This document shows positions 9,340-19,622 of a DNA stretch of 38,752 nucleotides, piece after piece. Within the stretch, counting starts at the first letter, position 1. Each line of letters starts with the position of its first letter. The stretch is taken from contig JBDRGF010000024.1 in assembly GCA_043818055.1 (NCBI GenBank), positions 1 through 38,752 of the forward strand. The letters run 5' to 3'. The translations under genes were made by a program, and so were the position numbers. This DNA is from Pseudomonadota bacterium. Lineage in GTDB: Bacteria; UBA10199; 2-02-FULL-44-16; JBDRGF01. The notes beneath the pieces are model-generated. The model did not search any database, had not been told where the DNA came from, and saw only the letters and a list, made by a program, of their open reading frames with translations.

Positions 9340-10599
9340 TTATAAATCCTCTCCCACCACACGCTCCATCTGGGCGATCGATTTCTGATAATCCGCAACC
9401 GCTTTATAATAGGTAAGCCTCACCTGCAAAAGCGTCCGCTCAGAATCGAGCCAATTCAGAAAATCAACTTCGCCGGATTCATAACCGACCTTCGCAGCGT
9501 CAAAGGACTGCTGGGCCTGTGGTATCAGTGCATTCTTGTATAAATTGATAACATCCTTGCCTGAGTTTATTCTATAGTAGAGGCTCTCAACTTCGTATTC
9601 GACTCTGTTTTTTGTATCCACATAATTTTCTTTCGCAGCTTGCAATACCGCCTTTTTTTCTTTCACCTGTGCATTGATTTTATTAAGCCATATCGGAATA
9701 TTCAGCGAGACGGTGCCCAGCCATGCATCTTTGCCGTTATTCTGCACTGCAATGTTCCCTTTATCTATAAATGTATAGTCAAATCCAAAAGTAAAATCGG
9801 GAACGTAATTGAGTTTCGCCAAAGTCCTTTCATTTTGAGCCTTTTCAATTGCGATCTTGGCACCTTTGAGTTCCTGCCTTGAGATGCCTGCCATACCGCT
9901 TAGATCTTTAAGTGAATGGTTGAATTCCGACGTGTTGAGATTTACCACGTTGTCAAAAGAGGAATTTCTGTCTCTGTTCAGGAGGCTGTTCATCTGTGAA
10001 ACAAAACTTTTGCGGTTTTCGTTTAAAGTATAAAGCTTTTCGATCAGCTCAGAAATAGCTACCTGCGTTTTTATCACATCCTGCAGTGGAGCCAGCTTCG
10101 ATTCGTATCTTTTTTTGGCAACTCTTTCCAGACTTTCGAGAATAGCCTTTTCCCCTTCGGTGGTCTGGATCGCCTTATCGACCCAGTAAATATCGTAATA
10201 AACTAATTTGACATTCTTGATCAATTCTCTCTCAGTCGCCTCGTACTCCTCTTTGAATATCTCAGCTGACTTTTTCTGCGATCTCCCCTGAACTACAAGC
10301 TTAGCGGGAAATGGAATTTTCTGGGAGGCCCCCACCTTGTGTTTCATCGGGCCTACCCTCGTCTCAACGCTCTCCCCATAATATCCATAATGAGCCGTCG
10401 GATCAGGAAGAGATCTCGACTGCGTGATTTTATATTTTTCAGCTTCCCAGGAACTTCGCGAGCCAAATATTTGTGGATTGTTATTCAGAGCCTCATCTAC
10501 CAATGAATCAAGGCGGGTCTTGTCGGCAGCCAGGGCTGCATTAGACGTAAGGACAAAAGTGGTTCCTATCAGAATTGAAATTATATGCCCTATCTTCAT
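9340..10599 (-). CDS. TolC-family outer membrane efflux protein (CusC-like)
   Basis: Signal peptide and outer-membrane efflux repeats (ALNNNP, YESGEVDFLNWLDSE); ATG 10599 fits the GGAGG RBS better than GTG 10608. Confidence 0.88.
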   Translation of the reverse strand: MKIGHIISILIGTTFVLTSNAALAADKTRLDSLVDEALNNNPQIFGSRSSWEAEKYKITQSRSLPDPTAHYGYYGESVETRVGPMKHKVGASQKIPFPAKLVVQGRSQKKSAEIFKEEYEATERELIKNVKLVYYDIYWVDKAIQTTEGEKAILESLERVAKKRYESKLAPLQDVIKTQVAISELIEKLYTLNENRKSFVSQMNSLLNRDRNSSFDNVVNLNTSEFNHSLKDLSGMAGISRQELKGAKIAIEKAQNERTLAKLNYVPDFTFGFDYTFIDKGNIAVQNNGKDAWLGTVSLNIPIWLNKINAQVKEKKAVLQAAKENYVDTKNRVEYEVESLYYRINSGKDVINLYKNALIPQAQQSFDAAKVGYESGEVDFLNWLDSERTLLQVRLTYYKAVADYQKSIAQMERVVGEDL

Positions 10600-10615
10600 C
10601 GTCGCCACTCCTCCG

Positions 10616-10885
10616 TCATCTGATGAATCTGTCGATCGAGTCTATCAGTTCATCAATCTTTTGAGCACCTTTTTTTTCTTTTATCGACTCTACCACACAG
10701 CTTTCGATATGTCGTTTCATTATTATGAGAGCAACCTTCTCAAGTGCACGACGCATAGCATTGACCTGTGTCATCAGATCTATGCAATACTTGTCCTGTT
10801 CGATCATCCTCATCAATCCCTTGATCTGCCCCTCAACTTTTTTTAATCTCATAAGGGATTGCTCTTTAGTCGACTTATCTATCAT
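10616..10885 (-). CDS. csoR: CsoR-family copper-sensing repressor
   Basis: RLKKVEGQIKGLMRMIE..YCID and HIESCV give the Cys-His-Cys ligand set. Confidence 0.9.
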   Translation of the reverse strand: MIDKSTKEQSLMRLKKVEGQIKGLMRMIEQDKYCIDLMTQVNAMRRALEKVALIIMKRHIESCVVESIKEKKGAQKIDELIDSIDRFIR

Positions 10886-10925
10886 CTTCGCGGCTCCTCA
10901 TTCGATTGAAACAACACATTAAACC

Positions 10926-10946
10926 ATATACCCCTATAGGGTATAT
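10926..10946. promoter_or_regulatory. CsoR operator
   Basis: ATATACCC-CTATA-GGGTATAT palindrome with C/G tracts upstream of csoR; minus-strand TTGACA at 10956-10961. Confidence 0.8.
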
Positions 10947-10986
10947 TTAGTGAAATGTCAAACCATTCGCCAAACGATATTTCTGT

Positions 10987-11015
10987 TTGCATGAACTATT
11001 TCAAAAGCATATCTT
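10987..11015 (+). promoter_or_regulatory. Putative sigma70 promoter of the DMT gene
   Basis: TTGCAT-N17-TATCTT ending 15 nt before ATG 11031. Confidence 0.4.
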
Positions 11016-11030
11016 ACTTTGATAAATAAT

Positions 11031-12077
11031 ATGAAAAACACATACATTTACATCTCCGTCGCTATTTCGGCGTTACTATTTGGCGCAGCGACACCTCTCA
11101 GCAAGCTTTTGCTCGATGAGATGCACCCTGTCATGCTCGCCGCCCTCTTTTATTTTGGGGCTAGCTTAGCCATGCTTCCATTTTCATTGCCAAAGCTGAA
11201 AGCCGAATGGAGAGTTTTAAAAACAGACAGAAAAGACGCCCTTTATATTTCAGGATCAATAATCTTTGGAGGTTTTCTCGCTCCACTCGCCCTTCTTTTC
11301 GGAATTAAAATGATGTATGCCGGGAGCGCGTCACTTCTTTTAACGCTTGAAACTGTCACAACATCCTTTTTCGCATGGTTCTTTTTCAAAGAGCATATCA
11401 GCAAAAGGATGATACTCTCATCCATCCTTTGCATCACAGCCAGCATAATCCTTTTGTTTCAGGGGAATTTTCAGGTGAACTTTGGAGCTATCCTTGTCAT
11501 CGCAGCGACGATTTTCTGGGGGTTAGATAACAACTTCACAGCATCCATCGCAGGAATATCCTCATCGACAACTACTTTTCTAAAAAGCCTCTTCGGCGGG
11601 CTCTTAAATTTACTCCTCGTATGGAGCATTGCCAGCCTCGATGCACAATTTTTTAACGTGATACTTGCGCTTTTAGTTGGTGCTTTCGCATATGGCGTTA
11701 GCATAAAACTTTACATCCATTCTGCCCGGATTCTGGGAGCCGCCCGTTCCCAGATAATCTTCGCAATCAATCCATTTTTCGGAGTCATCCTTTCCTTCCT
11801 GATATTCTCCGACCCTGTCGGGATCAGATTTTTGGCAGCGCTCTTACTCATGATCATATCGGTGATCCTCCTCTACGGTGAAAGGCATGCGCATTACCAT
11901 TTTCACGAGGAGACAGAACACGTCCATGATCATACGCATTTGGACGATCATCACACGCATGAACACAGATCGATTTCAAAAGACGACAAGCACTCCCATC
12001 CTCATAAGCACTCGAAAATACTTCACGAGCATCCTCACATGCCTGACATCCACCATAGACATGGCCACGAGGATTAA
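11031..12077 (+). CDS. DMT/EamA family transporter with a His-rich C-terminal tail
   Basis: Two EamA-like hydrophobic repeats, WGLDNNFT, tail HAHYHFHEETEHVHDH...HMPDIHHRHGH. Confidence 0.88.
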   Translation: MKNTYIYISVAISALLFGAATPLSKLLLDEMHPVMLAALFYFGASLAMLPFSLPKLKAEWRVLKTDRKDALYISGSIIFGGFLAPLALLFGIKMMYAGSASLLLTLETVTTSFFAWFFFKEHISKRMILSSILCITASIILLFQGNFQVNFGAILVIAATIFWGLDNNFTASIAGISSSTTTFLKSLFGGLLNLLLVWSIASLDAQFFNVILALLVGAFAYGVSIKLYIHSARILGAARSQIIFAINPFFGVILSFLIFSDPVGIRFLAALLLMIISVILLYGERHAHYHFHEETEHVHDHTHLDDHHTHEHRSISKDDKHSHPHKHSKILHEHPHMPDIHHRHGHED

Positions 12078-12116
12078 CCCTTGAGTTATCTCATGAAGTG
12101 ATTTAGCTACTCTCCG

Positions 12117-12860
12117 ATGACTCTAACAGACAAACAGAGAGATCGGTACATTCGACACATCACCCTCAAAGAGATCGGTGCCGATGGGCAACAAAGATTG
12201 CTCAATGCCAAGGTTCTGATCGTAGGTGTCGGCGGGCTTGGATCTCCGGCTGCGCTATATCTTGCTGCAACTGGCGTCGGTACTATCGGCATAATGGATG
12301 GTGATAAGATCGATATCAGCAATCTCCACAGGCAGATACTGTACACAACTGATGACGTTGGAAAACAGAAGGTCGATGCTGCGAAGATAAGGCTTGAATC
12401 CATGAATCCAGATGTGAAAATCATAGCTATAGATGAAAGATTAAGCAAATCAAACGCTGAGCAAATCGTTAGGGATTACGATTTTGTGATAGACGGATGT
12501 GACAACCTTCCTACAAAATTTCTGATCAACGATGTGTGTGTTAAAAATAAAATCGCGTATTCACACGCGGGGATCACCTGTCTCAAGGGACAGACATTCA
12601 CATATACTCCTGGATCGACATGTCTAAGATGCATTTTTCCGGACAAGACCCCTCCCCCACCGTCCTGCACAAGGACCGGAGTATTAGGCGCACTGCCTGG
12701 AATTTTGGGTGCTATACAAGCCATCGAGGCGATAAAATTTCTGACGGGAATGGGAGAGCTTCTCACCAACAAACTTCTGACCTGCGATTCAACAACTATG
12801 GAATTTAGAACGATTGATTTAAAACGGAATAGTGAGTGCCCGTTTTGCTTTCAAAATTAA
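12117..12860 (+). CDS. HesA/MoeB/ThiF family adenylyltransferase
   Basis: RYIRHI, GVGGLGS, SNLHRQIL, CLRC...CPFC zinc motifs. Confidence 0.92.
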   Translation: MTLTDKQRDRYIRHITLKEIGADGQQRLLNAKVLIVGVGGLGSPAALYLAATGVGTIGIMDGDKIDISNLHRQILYTTDDVGKQKVDAAKIRLESMNPDVKIIAIDERLSKSNAEQIVRDYDFVIDGCDNLPTKFLINDVCVKNKIAYSHAGITCLKGQTFTYTPGSTCLRCIFPDKTPPPPSCTRTGVLGALPGILGAIQAIEAIKFLTGMGELLTNKLLTCDSTTMEFRTIDLKRNSECPFCFQN

Positions 12861-12943
12861 ATCAAGTTTCGCGAATCCACATTAGCCATATCTAGTAACA
12901 ATACAAAATCAACATGAAGCAAGTAATTCAACGTATTACGAAC

Positions 12944-13348
12944 TCATTGAGGCTTATAAACTAATTCCAAGGGTAATTCTGCAATAGTTTTCCATGAGTT
13001 ATTATTTTTTTGTTCAATGCTAAAATAATATATACCAGCCTGCTTCAACATAATACCACTCAATTCCATTTTTATCCTTTGCCTTGTCTTCTTCATATCA
13101 ATTGATAGAGGTGCCTTAGCCAAAATATTATCACTGCCATCTGGGTTTTTCAACTTCATGCGAATCGTTAATTTATTCGACGACTTTTCAGCACTATTGT
13201 AAAAATAAGAACATAAAGAGAACTGGGGTAATACAACAGGTAATGTCGAACATGTCACTTGTTCTATGCAGTTGATCAAACTTACATTATTTGTAGTATT
13301 ATCGATGATCGTTCTTTCACAAATTACACTCCATCCGTGTTTTATCAT
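12944..13348 (-). CDS. Hypothetical beta-rich protein (DUF6941-like)
   Basis: WSVICERTIIDNTTNNVSLIN and LKQAGIYYFSI patterns; ATGA-coupled to hicB. Confidence 0.65.
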   Translation of the reverse strand: MIKHGWSVICERTIIDNTTNNVSLINCIEQVTCSTLPVVLPQFSLCSYFYNSAEKSSNKLTIRMKLKNPDGSDNILAKAPLSIDMKKTRQRIKMELSGIMLKQAGIYYFSIEQKNNNSWKTIAELPLELVYKPQ

Positions 13349-13872
13349 AAATAACCTCCTGCCGTTTTCCTTTTATCGAAAGGTAAAATTTTCATAGTAG
13401 CATTTGAATTCAATTTAATATTATCTTTATTTTCCGCTGGTATACTCTTGTTGTCAGAATCATTATTTTTCCTTAACAAATCTCGATTAATAACTTCTTG
13501 AGAAAAAAAGCTCATTGTTTTTTGAAGATTCTTTTCAACTTTTTCAATTTCTAAAACTTTACTTAACATATATATTACATAAGAGTTGAGCGATATACCC
13601 TCAATCTTTGCCAATTGTGACAATTCTCGGTGTAAAGCTTTAGGAGTTCTTAGCCGAAATTCTCCACTATATTCCTCTAGCGCTCTAGAATTAGGAATTT
13701 CCTGATTGTCCTCCTTTAATGATTCGACACACGCTTTAATTGCATCTTTTACCTCTCGAATTGCATCTTCGGGTTTTTTGCCAAAGGCGCTAACACCGGG
13801 AAGTTCAGGAACAATTGCAATGTATCCTTCATCTTCTTTACTCCACTGTAATATTATAGAATAATTGGACAT
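13345..13872 (-). CDS. hicB: HicB family antitoxin with a long C-terminal extension
   Basis: WSKEDEGYIAIVPELPGVSAFG and YSGEFRLRTPKALHRELSQLAKIEGISLNSYV (RHH); start ATG 13872 after GGAGG. Confidence 0.88.
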   Translation of the reverse strand: MSNYSIILQWSKEDEGYIAIVPELPGVSAFGKKPEDAIREVKDAIKACVESLKEDNQEIPNSRALEEYSGEFRLRTPKALHRELSQLAKIEGISLNSYVIYMLSKVLEIEKVEKNLQKTMSFFSQEVINRDLLRKNNDSDNKSIPAENKDNIKLNSNATMKILPFDKRKTAGGYL

Positions 13873-13889
13873 AAAAACCTCCGGCATAA

Positions 13890-14159
13890 TTAATTTAAAT
13901 TTGGACACAAATTGTTAATATCAATAAATTCAAGCAATTGTCTTACTTGATAAGGTTTTGCCTTTCCATCCTTAGTCTTTTGTAACGACAAGCCGTTACG
14001 AGGTGAACCTTTTATCTTTGTGTGTTGTATCCAAATGTGATCTCCATTTTGGCGCTTAAATTCAAAACCTACTAGTTCAGCTAGTTTGAGTAGATCATTA
14101 AAACGTATGTTTGATGGACTATTCCTTGCCTTTCTGTACAACTTAACCAACTTATCCAT
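13890..14159 (-). CDS. hicA: HicA family toxin
   Basis: NIRFNDLLKLAELVGFEFKRQNGDH...GKAKPYQVRQLL; directly upstream of hicB. Confidence 0.85.
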   Translation of the reverse strand: MDKLVKLYRKARNSPSNIRFNDLLKLAELVGFEFKRQNGDHIWIQHTKIKGSPRNGLSLQKTKDGKAKPYQVRQLLEFIDINNLCPNLN

Positions 14160-14165
14160 ACAAAT

Positions 14166-14194
14166 AGTGGTACCATATATGGTGACATTGTCAA
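14166..14194 (-). promoter_or_regulatory. Putative hicA promoter with palindromic operator
   Basis: TTGACA (14194-14189); perfect palindrome ACCATATATGGT (14172-14183) in the spacer; -10 is weak. Confidence 0.5.
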
Positions 14195-14282
14195 GCCTTA
14201 ATTGACTGACCTTTGGACACAAGTCTGTGATGCTTGAGAAATATGATTTACAAGAGATAATGAAATGATTTTTTCATTTTTT

Positions 14283-14357
14283 TGTCATTCCCTAGATCAG
14301 CGGGAATCCAGCATAAATTCAACCTAATCTGGATCCACATCGGGGTACGGGATGACA
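14283..14357. repeat. REP-like palindromic element (GTCATTCCC...GGGATGAC type)
   Basis: TGTCATTCC...GGGATGACA outer arms with inner ATCCAG/CTGGAT arms. Confidence 0.65.
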
Positions 14358-14490
14358 TTCTAGGCTCACAAAGCCGCCTTAAAATTAGCTGTCCTGACCT
14401 TTATTGAGTTATTACTAATAGTGTCCAATGATCAGTTAATAGAAGCAAACAGTAATTCAAAATCTATCTTAAAAATACAAGGGAAGAGAT

Positions 14491-17400
14491 TCACTGACAG
14501 ATGTAAACAAACCTTGCTATTTCTTCGGTCCAGTTTTTTAGAATTTGTCCGGCGAGGGGGCTTTTCGTCTCTTTGAAATACTCTTCAAGGATTTTTCTGA
14601 GCATCCTCCCTCTTTCTTCTGTAAGTTTGATCGCTTTTGAACACACATCGGGATGCAGATATGTCGGGGCATCGTCATTTGAATCATAAATATAAAGCTC
14701 TCCACCCGTCATTCCGGAGCCGAGGCATCTACCGCATCTTCCAAGCACAACCCCTGTTCCCCCTGTCATGTATTCGAAGGCATATTTACCGACACCTTCA
14801 CAGACCAAAATCGCGCCAGAGTTTCTCACGCCAAACCGCTGTCCAGCCTTTCCGGCAACAAAAAGATTACCTCCTGTTGCACCATATGCAGCCGCGTTTC
14901 CCACAAGATGTCTTACTTTGCCATCAACGCTTTTCTGTGGAGGGACAACAACGATGCTTGCATCCCCGCTCATAGCCTCCCCGACGGCATCGTTCACATA
15001 TCCCTTCATGCGTAATTTCATTCCGTTCGTCGCGCCAAAGCCAAATCCGTGGCCGGCATATCCATCAACTACTATCTCGATCTTTCCTTCACCGATTGCT
15101 GAACGCATCGCGAGCTCACCAGCGAGGGTCGCTCCAATAGCATGTTCGAAATTTTTTAATCTCATTTTAATAAGGGATTTCTTGATTCTCCCTTCAACAA
15201 CATCTCGAGCCAGATCGAGAATCTCTTTATTCCTCTTGGAAATTATTTTTTCAGGAGATGGTTTTGTCTTATCTAAAGCATCCACATTATCCGATAGATT
15301 CAGGAGCAAATCTGTCAGATCGAGTTTGTCCCAGCGGGGATTACCTGAAGTTCTTTGCTTCAAGAGGTCAACTCTCCCGACAAGCTCTCTTGGGTGTTTG
15401 AGCCCGAGCTTCGACAAAATAAGTCGAAGATCGGAGCCTAAGCATTCAAGATAACGCATCACTCCGTTCTTCGCTTCAACATAGCGCTCATGAATTTCAT
15501 GATCTGTCTGAATGTTCTTAGATTCATCTGTCGTAGTCGCAATTCCAACCGGGCATTTGCCCTTATTGCAACCTCTGCAGCAAATGCATCTCTCAGCAAC
15601 GAGAAGCGCCGTTCCAAGTGCGAACTCATCCGCGCCGAGCGACATAATTTTCGCGGCGTCGAGACCGCACTTAATTCCACCATCCGCCCGCAACCTCACA
15701 TGAGATCTGATACCGCTTGCACAGAGATATTGATGGACTTCGCTCAATCCCCGTTCCAAAGGAATGCCCGCATGAGCAATGCTACCGCTCGCTGCCGCTC
15801 CAGTCCCACCGGTAAAACAGCTGATCGTGATTATATCCGCCCCCGCCTTCACAATCCCAACAGCGATGGTTCCTAATTTTGTTATGCTGGGAACCTTTAC
15901 CGAAACCAAAGCTTTTGGATTGAGCTGTCTTATGTTGAAGATGAGCTGTGCCAAATCTTCGATACTGTAGATATCATGATGCGGCGGAGGACTGATGAGA
16001 TCTATTCCAACTTTAGTCTTTCTTATCCGCGCGATCTCTTCGTTCACCTTTGCCCCCGGCAAGTGTCCACCTTCACCCGGCTTGGCTCCCTGCCCGATCT
16101 TGATCTCGATCTCATCGGCGTTGACAAGATATTTTGCATCGACGCCAAACCGGCCTGAAGCTATCTGCCGCGTCCTGCTTCGATCGAGCATCCACTCGCC
16201 ATCTTTATTTCTGCGCTCATCCTCTCCACCCTCGCCGGAATTGGAATATGAATCGAAATGATTGAATGCGGCCGCAATGGCACGGTGTGCTGTAGAATGA
16301 AGCGCCCCATGCGACATCGCCGCACCGCGAACTGTCGTGCGTATTATCTCACTTACACCGGTCACATCATCAACAGCTATAGGGTTTTTATCATATGCAA
16401 ATTCCAGCATATCACGAAGATAGACAGGCCCTGCCTCACTCAATTTTTCCAGAAAACGATCGTAATCTCCATTGGAGTTTCCATTTCTCGCAACAAATTG
16501 AAGGGGTTCCACGACATCCTTTCGATAGACCGATCTGTTCTGATTGCTCGAAATTGAATCTGTACTTGAAACCCTTTTCGCCACTATATCCTCATAGATA
16601 TCCTCTATGGTAATTCCACCCAATCTCGAAACCGTGTCAGGGATATAATATTCGACCACTTCCGAAGATATGCCGATCGCTTCGAAGGGTGCCGAGCCTC
16701 GATAGCCGGTAAAAATAGTTATTCCCATCTTCGACATCACCCTTTTGAGCGTGTGAAGGAGCGCCAGAGTCGCCCTCTCAACTCCGCTTCCATCGGGAAA
16801 TTCCTCAAATCCCTTAACGATGTTAAATATCGCGCATGGATTAACCGCTGTCGCGCCGTATGCCAGAAGGATGGCAAGATCGTGTCCCTCGTGCACCCCT
16901 GCGGTTTCCACGACTATACTCGCATCGCGCCGCAATCCGTTGGCGGCTAATGCTTGATGGATGGAGCTCACAACAAGGAGCATCGGAAGCGGTAATTTCT
17001 CTTTTAGTGTGGCTTCGAAATCTGAAATCACCAGAATAGAGGCTTTACGCTTTCGAATCAGGTCAAGCGCCTCCTCGGTAAGTTCGTGTATACGCCTCAC
17101 TATATCCCTCGACTTGCCTCTGTCCATAAAAGTCGCATCCAATTTTACAGCCTTGAGGTATTCCTCTTTGGATGCAAAGAGGGAGGAGAGCTTTTCGTTG
17201 GTGAGCACTGGATGATCGAGCTTGTATTGCGGCCATGATCTGTAGATGCTCTTCCTGCTCAATACCGGCGATCGACCGAGAAATACGGTCAGATCGATCG
17301 CCTCACCCTCCCTGATCGGATCTATCGGCGGGTTTGTGACTACCGCGACTATCTGATGTAAAAAGCTATAGAGCCGCGAGTGATTTTTGCTGAATATCGC

Positions 17401-18851
17401 AAGAGGCTTGTCGTTTCCCATGCTATGAACCGCTTCTTTAGCATCCTTCACCATCCTTCGAAGATTCGATATTCTCTCCTGAGTCCAACCGAAGATATTC
17501 AGCACATGGCTTTGAAACTGCGATTGATCTTCGCTATTCTCCAAAGGAAGAAGATCAAGGCTGGCGAGGTTTTGAAAGTTGAGGCCTGTGCCCTTTAGAA
17601 TCCAACCGGTCGTCTTTGAGGGAGAAATTAATTCACCCTCCTTCAGATCCACGACCATCATCTCTCCCGGCTCGAGCTGTCCATCGACGAGGATATTTTC
17701 GGGTTCGATTTCAATCACACCCATCTCACTTGAAATGATAACCCTACCATCGACAGTCCTTAGATATCTCAACGGGCGAAGTCCCATCCTGTCAAGGGCC
17801 GCAACCATAACCCTTCCGTCGAGGCCGACAACTGCGATTGGTCCCTCCCACGCACCGATCGTGCCAAGCGATCGGCGATTCGCTTCAAAGAATTTAACCT
17901 CCTGCTCGCTAAAATTCGATTCATCCCAGACGGGGGGACCATCCTGCGGATCGCTTCGTGAATTCCGTTGATGCCGTTTGCGGACATCATCTCCACAACC
18001 CTGTCAAACTGCGCGGAATCGCTGCCGTGGTTTATAAGCGTGTTACCAAGATTGACAGCACTCTCTGCATCCCTGATTGCGCGGCAGTTTGCTGTGATCG
18101 TATTTATCTCTCCATTGTGGGCAATAAATCTAAAGGGCTGAACGAGGTTCCAGTTTGAAAATGTGTTTGTTGAAAAGCGCCTGTGAGCGATCACAGAGTT
18201 TGTCACAAACGATGCATTTTTAAGATCGGGGTAAAAATCTGCAAGTTGATCCGCAGTTGCGAGCGCCTTATAAACAGTGGTGTATGGTGCCAGTGAAGCA
18301 ACATTCAGCATGCCTGAAAAATGTTTTTCAATTTTAATCTTCACATCGTGCAGCACATTGAACAACTGAGACTCTCTGCGATGGCCTTTGGCTACCATGA
18401 TTTGAAAAATGAGTGGTACATCCACACGCGCTCGCTTTCCAAGGCAGGATTCATCGAGAGGCACCTCTCTCCACCCAAGGGGAGAGAGTCCTTCCTTGAG
18501 AAGAATGACATCCATCTCCCGTTGCAAATGTCGAACATTTCTCTCAGCATGCAGAAAAAAAATCGTCCCGACGATGAGCGGCTCTTTTCGACTGGGGATA
18601 TGCTTCATCGGTGCGATAAATCGCTCAAAATATTTGCGATCTGAAACCAATAGAAGGCCTGCACCGTCGCCGGTGTTATCTAAGGAACCGCCGCGATGCT
18701 CCATCCTGACAAGGCCATCTATCACCTGACGTACAATATCATGCGATGCCCTGCCGGACAGATCCGCGATCGCAAGTATGCCGCAACCTCCACGGCCAGC
18801 ATCATCCCGGATCTCTTCAAACTTTTTCTTAAGAATATTTGACGTAGCCAT
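14491..18851 (-). pseudogene. gltB: Glutamate synthase large subunit, split by a 1-nt frameshift (real lesion or sequencing error)
   Basis: Ntn Cys (GGCG), HRRFSTNT and AHNGEINT in ORF 17769-18914; NSGEGGE, EIKIGQGAKPGEGGHLPG, Fe-S cysteines and GXGXG domain in ORF 14491-17808; one extra base in the G6 run (17932-17937) joins them as MVPPVW...AWEGP. Confidence 0.88.
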
Positions 18852-18930
18852 CCCCACCTCATTAGGCTTATTGAAGCTAAATGAGCATCTATTGTTCATT
18901 TCCAAAATTTGCAATTGATTTGTTGTGCGA

Positions 18931-19092
18931 TCAATCTACCGGTGAGAACTGATCCTTGCCGACGCCGCAGACCGGGCAGATCCATGTATCGGGAATTGAT
19001 TCAAATGCTGTGCCTGGGGCGATGTCGCCATCCGGGTCACCGACTTCGGGATCATAGACATAACCGCAGACCTGACAGATATACTTTTTCAT
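18931..19092 (-). CDS. Rubredoxin (53 aa, below the ORF track cutoff)
   Basis: Translated by hand: [65 protein letters not shown] overlap with the upstream gene. Confidence 0.95.
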   Translation of the reverse strand: MKKYICQVCGYVYDPEVGDPDGDIAPGTAFESIPDTWICPVCGVGKDQFSPVD

Positions 19093-19613
19093 TTTTTTCC
19101 TCCCTCATTAAAACGAATTTTTCTGTACTGATTGTATGTGAATGGCTCTCCGGCATCCTTCGTGCCGGCGCGAATCACGTCACAGACATATAGCGAATGT
19201 GTCTTGAGATCGACTGTCATCTCTGGGATCACTCTGCATTCGTAAAAGGCATGAGCATCTGGCAAAATAGGGGCGCCGAGGGCGCCTAGTTCATATGCAA
19301 CATCAGCAAATTTATCGACCTTCCTTCCCGACTGCATGCCGAAATGTTTAACTTTATCCATGTGCTTCTCATCTGCCTGATCGAGGACGTTAGCAACCAG
19401 GACTCCTGAGTTCGATATCATCTCATATGTATAGGAGCGCGTTCCAATGGCGATTGCAATTCTAGGAGGCATGTTTGTAATTTGCATCAGCGCGTCGAAA
19501 CACTGACCGTTGATCTTATCCCCCATCATTGATGTCAAAATATAAAGGCCGTGCGTCACCTGAAAGAGCGCCTGATTGAGTGCTGCATTGTCATTGGCTA
19601 TTTTAAAATTCAT
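19089..19613 (-). CDS. Flavin reductase family protein
   Basis: [31 protein letters not shown] motifs. Confidence 0.88.
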   Translation of the reverse strand: MNFKIANDNAALNQALFQVTHGLYILTSMMGDKINGQCFDALMQITNMPPRIAIAIGTRSYTYEMISNSGVLVANVLDQADEKHMDKVKHFGMQSGRKVDKFADVAYELGALGAPILPDAHAFYECRVIPEMTVDLKTHSLYVCDVIRAGTKDAGEPFTYNQYRKIRFNEGGKK

Positions 19614-19622
19614 AACTCAATC

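Noticed and set aside
17925..17945. Programmed -1 ribosomal frameshift in gltB
   Set aside because: C CCC CCG is not a typical bacterial slippery heptamer, no clear stimulatory structure was seen, and I know of no precedent for gltB
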